Below, one piece after another: positions 58,905 through 64,000 of a stretch of 64,000 bases of DNA; the stretch's first letter is position 1, and each line of letters opens with the position of its first letter. A model generated the notes under the pieces. It did no database searches. It was given only the letters and a program-made list of their open reading frames with translations, and had not been told where the DNA came from. Source of the stretch: an uncultured Chloroflexia bacterium (GTDB lineage Bacteria > Chloroflexota > Limnocylindria > Limnocylindrales > CSP1-4); assembly GCA_963720755.1 (NCBI GenBank), contig CAVRGP010000011.1, positions 224,001 to 288,000 of the forward strand. The letters run 5' to 3'. The position numbers were made by a program, and so were the translations under genes.

Positions 58905-61556
58905 ATGAGCGGTCGCGGATCCTCCGGCGCCCAGGCGGGCGAATCCCTGCCCTTGTTCGATCGGCTTGCGCCTGCTCCGCCGCCATCCATCGTGGCCGCC
59001 CGGATCGATGCGCACTCGGGCCCGGGAGATGTCGTCGCGGATCTGTTCGGTCGCGGGGGATGGGTCGCTCGAGCGGCCGTCGATCGTCAGCGCCGGGCCG
59101 TCTCGCTGGAATCGGACCCGCTGACGCGAATGCTCGCAGAAGTGGTCCTTCGGCCGCCGGACGTCCGCCATCTCGATGCAGCCTTCCAGGGTCTGGCCGC
59201 CTCGCCGCGGGGGGATTCGGGTCTCAAGACCTCGATCGGCGACATGTTCGCCACGCGCTGTGCGACGTGTCAACGCATGCTGGTCGCCGACGAGATCAGC
59301 TGGGCGGTCGATGATGACGCCTCGATCGCCGGTCGGGTTCGACCGGTTGAACGGCACTACCGGTGCACGGTCTGTCGCGATCAGCGCGGCGGGTCGGAGC
59401 ATCGCCAGGAGCCCATGGATCGAGACGATCTCCGGCGGGCAACCGCCGACGTCGGCGCCGACGAGATGCGGGCCACCTTGCTTGCCCGATTCCCCGTGGT
59501 CGATGGTGCGGAGTCGCTGCCTCGCGAACTGCTCGACCTGCACACCGACCGCCAGCTCGTCGGTCTCGGCGCGATCCTCGATCGGATCGAGACCGACCTC
59601 CGGGCGGCCCCGGTGATGGCGGCCCTTCGCCTGGCCCTCTCGAGTGCCGTCCTGCCGGCCAGTCGTCTCGGGACCGGAACGGGCCGCCACGCCGCGCTGC
59701 GGATCTCGTCCGCCCACGTTCGGGCGCAGACGGGGACACGGATGCGGGAGCGGAATCCGTGGCTGGCCTTCGAAGATGGTTTCCGGCTTGTGCGCGGGTT
59801 CGTCCAGCATCTGGACAGCGGACCGTACGGCCCGATCCAGGCACGCCTCGGCGAGGACCTGCGCAGCCTCGGCGAGGGCGCGGCGACGGCGTTCATCGGT
59901 CTGGCGACGCAGGATGGCTCGGTCGCCCTGCGGGCCGAACCCGACACGTCCGGCCGCTCGAGCCCGGCAGCGCGCATCCGCCTGACCCTTGGACAGCCGC
60001 CGATGCGCCCCAGCCTCGACCGTCTCGCGGTCGCGTATCACGCCACGTCGTGGGCACTCGGACGCGACGCGGCGGCGTTGCTTCCGATCGGGTCCCTGGC
60101 GAGTCCGTCGGTCCGACGGTCCTGGGGGCAGCAGGCGACGATGATCGGCGACGCCCTGGCGCAGTTGGCGCCGGCCATGGCCAAGGACGGACGCATCGTC
60201 CAGCTCGTTGACGGCGGGCCGGAAGCGGTCGTGGCCACCGTGATCGCTGGTGCCCGGGCGGGTTGCCGGCTGCTCGCCGTGCACCTGGCTGACCTGGATG
60301 GGGTCGGCACATCGATCGTCGAGTTGCTGCCACCGGGTGGCCGCCTGCCCCCAGGTGCTCGGACTCGTGCCAATGTCCACCTGGATGCCGTGACGGGCGG
60401 AGCCGGCGATGCCGCCATCGTGTCGTCTTCCCGATTGTTTGCGCCACCGGAGCGGTTCGATGACCGGACGTTCTCGGCCAGCGAGGCCGCGAAGGTCGTC
60501 ACGGTCGCGGCCGTCGAGACCCTGTGTACCCGGGGGGAGCCCGCGCGGTACGAGCACCTGCTCGGCGAGATCCTCATCGGTCTCGATCGCTCCGGCCAGC
60601 TCCACCGCCTGGTCGCCGAGGATCGCGCGACCGATGCGTCCGGTGTCGATATCGGATCCGGGCCGGACCCGGTCGACCGCTTGATGGCGCTCATCCGCGA
60701 TGAGCTCGAACGGCCCACCCAGGGCCGGGTCAGCGAGATCGAACCGGGCCGCTGGTGGTTGGCCGACCCGGGCGATCTGGCCGACACGGCCGTCCCGTTG
60801 TCCGATCGGGTCGAATGGGCGGCCTTCAGTCTCCTGTCGACGGCCGGCCCCATGTCGGAGACCGCATTCTTTGATCGCATGGGGACCATGTTCAGCGGGC
60901 CTGACCTGGCCGATGACGATCTGGTCCGAGCATGCCTGGAGAGCTATCGCAGTGCTTCCAGCGACCCGGAGCGGGTCTCCACCGACGACGACCTGCTGGC
61001 GCGAAGCCAGGAGCATACCGAGTTGCTCGGCGCGATCGCCGGAGCCGGTCATCGGCTGGGGATGCGCGTCTGGATCAGTCGGCGGGAGCAGACCCGACGC
61101 CTCGGCGGTCGAGCGCTCGGCGACATCCTGGAGGGCATCGAGCAGCGGCCCTACCTGGGGACGATCGGGCCCGCCGTTGAACAGATCGCGGACGTCGACG
61201 CCATCTGGTACGTTCGCGGCAAGCTGGCGTTCCTGTTCGAGGTCGAGTGGACCGCGATGCTCGGCGAGCCACTGCTTCGGCGGCACGCATCGATCCCCGG
61301 CAACGATTCGATCGTTCGGTTCCTGGTGATCGCGCCGGAGCGGGTCGAACTCGTCCGCTACAAGCTGGCAGCGTCGCCGCTCCTCCGAGCCGCCATCGAC
61401 GTCGGGCCGTGGCACATCATCCGGTCCGACCACCTCCGTGCCTTCCTCGCCCGGGATCCGCTCCAGATCGGCGATCTCGAGCCGTTCCTGGGCCTCGATC
61501 CGGCCGTCGGCCGGTCGGCCGAGCAGATGCCGCTCTTCAACGAGGACTCGGCCTGA
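58905..61556 (+). CDS. Degenerate DNA methylase-like protein with Zn ribbon and C-terminal restriction-endonuclease-like domain
   Basis: PGDVVADLFGRGG (motif I-like), CATC/CTVC, GQPPM at the DPPY position, DVDAIW...FEVEWT. Confidence 0.6.
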   Translation: MSGRGSSGAQAGESLPLFDRLAPAPPPSIVAARIDAHSGPGDVVADLFGRGGWVARAAVDRQRRAVSLESDPLTRMLAEVVLRPPDVRHLDAAFQGLAASPRGDSGLKTSIGDMFATRCATCQRMLVADEISWAVDDDASIAGRVRPVERHYRCTVCRDQRGGSEHRQEPMDRDDLRRATADVGADEMRATLLARFPVVDGAESLPRELLDLHTDRQLVGLGAILDRIETDLRAAPVMAALRLALSSAVLPASRLGTGTGRHAALRISSAHVRAQTGTRMRERNPWLAFEDGFRLVRGFVQHLDSGPYGPIQARLGEDLRSLGEGAATAFIGLATQDGSVALRAEPDTSGRSSPAARIRLTLGQPPMRPSLDRLAVAYHATSWALGRDAAALLPIGSLASPSVRRSWGQQATMIGDALAQLAPAMAKDGRIVQLVDGGPEAVVATVIAGARAGCRLLAVHLADLDGVGTSIVELLPPGGRLPPGARTRANVHLDAVTGGAGDAAIVSSSRLFAPPERFDDRTFSASEAAKVVTVAAVETLCTRGEPARYEHLLGEILIGLDRSGQLHRLVAEDRATDASGVDIGSGPDPVDRLMALIRDELERPTQGRVSEIEPGRWWLADPGDLADTAVPLSDRVEWAAFSLLSTAGPMSETAFFDRMGTMFSGPDLADDDLVRACLESYRSASSDPERVSTDDDLLARSQEHTELLGAIAGAGHRLGMRVWISRREQTRRLGGRALGDILEGIEQRPYLGTIGPAVEQIADVDAIWYVRGKLAFLFEVEWTAMLGEPLLRRHASIPGNDSIVRFLVIAPERVELVRYKLAASPLLRAAIDVGPWHIIRSDHLRAFLARDPLQIGDLEPFLGLDPAVGRSAEQMPLFNEDSA

Positions 61557-61655
61557 TCCGCCCGGGAGGTCCATCCACCCGGTCGCGGCGGTACTCTTGG
61601 TCCGATCCGCGGTCCGACGCCCGGCGCCCGGTCGCACAGCACGTGGAGGCCCCGT

Positions 61656-63341
61656 TTGAGTACCCCCGATCCATCGACGGACCAGGTCGAGGCGCTGGCT
61701 GACCGGTTCTGGGAATCGATCCTCGAACTCGACCCGACGACCGCGACGGTCTACGGCGACACTCGCTATGACGACCGGCTGGACGACCCCGGTCCCGATG
61801 GCCGGGCCCGGGTACGAGCGCTCATGGAGCGGACGGCCGCCGAGGCCGAGTCGATCGATCCGGCTGGCCTTCCGACCGAATCGCGGATCACCCTGGATAT
61901 CCTCAAGGTCATCGCCGGTCTGCGCATCGAGGCAGACGACAAGGCGACCCACCAGCTGCGGGTGGTCGATCAGATGGGTGGCCCGCAGCAGGTGCTGCCC
62001 CAGCTCACCCAATTCCAGCCGGCCGACACGCCGGAGCGACTCGACGCGTTCATCGCCAGACTTCACGCGTATCCGGCATACATCGCGGCGAACATCGGCA
62101 TCCTGGAGGATGGGATGGCGTCGGGCCTGACGGCCCCGCGCATCGTCGCCCAGCGCACGATCGCCCAGATCGAGCGGATGCTGGCCTTGCCGCCGGACCA
62201 GGCGGTCGTGCCGTCGATGGTCGCGGTCGCCTCGGAACAGGATCGTGATCGGATCCGCGCGATCGTTCGCGACATCGTCCGGCCCGCCGATGTCGCGTTC
62301 CTGGACGCCCTGAAGGGTCCGTACCTTCAAGCGACCCGTGAGGAGCCGGGGTTGTGGTCAGCACCGGGCGGCGAGGCCCTGTATCGGACGGCGATCCGCA
62401 CCTGGACGACGCTCGACCTTGACCCGGTCGCGGTCCACCAGATCGGTCTCGACGAGCTTGCCTCGATCGAGGCGGAGCGACGCGAGATCAGCCGGGCCGC
62501 GGGCTTCGGTGACGACACCGCCGGGTATCGGGCGTCGATCGACGCGTCCATGGCGAACACGCCGCAGTCGAAGGACCAACTCGTGGCGCGCGCCGCGGAG
62601 GACATCGAGCGGGCGATGGCGGTCGCTCCGCGCTACTTCGGCGTGCTCCCTCGAGCCGGCTGCGAGGTCCGTCCGGTCGAGGAATACAAGGAGAAGGACA
62701 CGCCCTTCGCCTACTACTTCCCGCCGACCATCGACGGCTCTCGACCGGGCATCTACTACGCCAACGGGTACGACCTTGCGACTCGAAAGTATTCGAAGCT
62801 TGCGACGACGACGTATCACGAGGCCGTCCCCGGTCATCACTTCCAGATCGCGCTCGAGATGGAGAACCCACACCTCGATGCCTTCCGTCGACTCGGCGCC
62901 CGGATGGCCGGCGGCGCCTATGTCGAGGGATGGGGGCTGTATGCCGAGCGGTTGGCCGACGAGATGGGTTTGTTCCGCGACGAGACGGAGCGGTTCGGGA
63001 TGCTCGACGCGCAGGCCTGGCGAGCCTGCCGACTCGTGGTCGACACCGGCCTCCATGCCCTGCGATGGCCGCGCCAGCGGTCGATCGACTTCCTGATCGC
63101 GGGTGGCCTGTCCGAGACCGACGCCACGATCGAGACCGATCGGTACATCGGCTGGCCGGGCCAGGCCCTGACCTACAAGATCGGCCAGCGGGAGATCGAG
63201 CGGTTGCGCGCGGAGCTCACAGCCCGCGACGGCAGTGGGTTCGACCTCCGGGCCTTCCACGACGAGGTGCTCGGCCACGGCTCCCTGCCGCTGGCGACAC
63301 TCAGCCGTGAACTTCCGACCTGGCTGGCCGCGCCGGCCTGA
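61656..63341 (+). CDS. DUF885 family protein (HExxxxH metallopeptidase-like)
   Basis: YHEAVPGHHFQ, YVEGWGLYAE, RLVVDTGLH, PGQALTYKIG; TTG start with SD GGAGG. Confidence 0.9.
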   Translation: MSTPDPSTDQVEALADRFWESILELDPTTATVYGDTRYDDRLDDPGPDGRARVRALMERTAAEAESIDPAGLPTESRITLDILKVIAGLRIEADDKATHQLRVVDQMGGPQQVLPQLTQFQPADTPERLDAFIARLHAYPAYIAANIGILEDGMASGLTAPRIVAQRTIAQIERMLALPPDQAVVPSMVAVASEQDRDRIRAIVRDIVRPADVAFLDALKGPYLQATREEPGLWSAPGGEALYRTAIRTWTTLDLDPVAVHQIGLDELASIEAERREISRAAGFGDDTAGYRASIDASMANTPQSKDQLVARAAEDIERAMAVAPRYFGVLPRAGCEVRPVEEYKEKDTPFAYYFPPTIDGSRPGIYYANGYDLATRKYSKLATTTYHEAVPGHHFQIALEMENPHLDAFRRLGARMAGGAYVEGWGLYAERLADEMGLFRDETERFGMLDAQAWRACRLVVDTGLHALRWPRQRSIDFLIAGGLSETDATIETDRYIGWPGQALTYKIGQREIERLRAELTARDGSGFDLRAFHDEVLGHGSLPLATLSRELPTWLAAPA

Positions 63342-63344
63342 CGG

Positions 63345-64000
63345 CTACGAGTCGAACCCGATCCCGAGCGCGTCGAGCGTCCGCAGCAGGATCGATCGCC
63401 GGCCGGCCTCCCGGTCCGCCCGATCGAGTTCGTGGCGGACGATGTCCACGGCAAGCGACCGGACCGGTTCGGGCGGGAATGGGACGGGCGGGCTCGAAAC
63501 CAGGCGCAGTCGCAGCCGATCCTCGTCGGGCCGCAGGATGAAGTCCCGCACGACGCCCCCGGCCCACCGGCTCGCACCCACGCCCAGGCCGGTATACCCC
63601 AGCGCATAGGTGACTCGACCGCCCATCGTCTGGCCGAACGTGACGGTGAACCGCGTCGTCGTGTCGATGGCGCCTCCCCAGCGATACGGGAAGGCCAGAT
63701 CCGGGAGCTGGGGGAAGGCGCGCCGGAACTGGGCCTCCAGCTTGGCGAACGTGGTGGGGCGATGGTCGAGTTCCGGGGCGACCCGACTGCCGCGGTAGTG
63801 GATTGCGTCGTAGCCGCCCCACAGGATCCGATCGTCCCGGGTCAGACGGAAGTAGTGGAACTGGTTGTTCGAATCGGACAGGCCCTGCCGACGGGCCCAT
63901 CCGACCATCACGCGTTGGTCGGGGGTCAGCGGCTCGGAGACCAGGACGTAGTCGTAGACGGGGACGAAGACCGACCGCAGCCGGGCGAGCCACCCGGAAT
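63345..64000 (-). CDS. FAD-dependent oxidoreductase, DAO/PuuB-like (C-terminal part, runs off the window)
   Basis: HYFRLTRDDRILWGG, WGGAID, GYTGLGVGASR. Confidence 0.85.
   Translation of the reverse strand, partial: SGWLARLRSVFVPVYDYVLVSEPLTPDQRVMVGWARRQGLSDSNNQFHYFRLTRDDRILWGGYDAIHYRGSRVAPELDHRPTTFAKLEAQFRRAFPQLPDLAFPYRWGGAIDTTTRFTVTFGQTMGGRVTYALGYTGLGVGASRWAGGVVRDFILRPDEDRLRLRLVSSPPVPFPPEPVRSLAVDIVRHELDRADREAGRRSILLRTLDALGIGFDS

Noticed and set aside
58638-62330. 1230-aa minus-strand ORF, and similar long antisense ORFs such as 17646-20831, 1682-3979 and 36341-38710
   Set aside because: These are shadow ORFs opposite well-supported genes. They are expected in high-GC DNA and show no recognisable motifs.
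1-64000. CRISPR arrays, IS elements, prophage, tRNA or rRNA
   Set aside because: No repeat-spacer periodicity, transposase/integrase motifs or structural RNA signatures were seen, and the intergenic gaps are short.

Overview
A high-GC (about 70% by eye), gene-dense stretch of bacterial chromosome. Gene content and style suggest Chloroflexota, possibly a Limnocylindria-like lineage; this is an inference. I saw no rRNA, tRNA, CRISPR array, transposase or phage genes. In order, the window holds: a Na+/H+ antiporter, metK, a GDP-mannose module, a SWIM protein, four secreted or lipoprotein genes, a cobalamin riboswitch with btuFCD-like genes, a GT2, a PLP aminotransferase, a GcvT-like gene, a four-gene FtsX-type ABC cassette, two CrtI/PYROXD2-like oxidoreductases, TMEM175, surE, an AI-2E transporter, trpS, hom-thrC-thrB and lysC. 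Then come a birA-ECF-acc-fab cluster, ugd, a CstB-like protein, two diguanylate cyclases, polX, a TPR protein, a degenerate DNA-methylase/nuclease-like fusion, DUF885 and a partial FAD oxidoreductase. The strongest novelty candidate is the fatty-acid cluster. It encodes two BCCP paralogues, one lacking the biotinylated Lys (IDMLGV versus IEAMKL) and so reminiscent of plant BADC regulators. It also contains an embedded ECF sigma/anti-sigma pair, a metallophosphoesterase and an uncharacterised 80-aa coupled ORF. Other leads are a pseudo-methylase/PD-(D/E)xK-like fusion, a DExxH metzincin variant, a 20-bp near-direct repeat bracketing the ABC cassette, and widespread apparently leaderless promoters. 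All product calls come from motifs read by eye; no database search was run.
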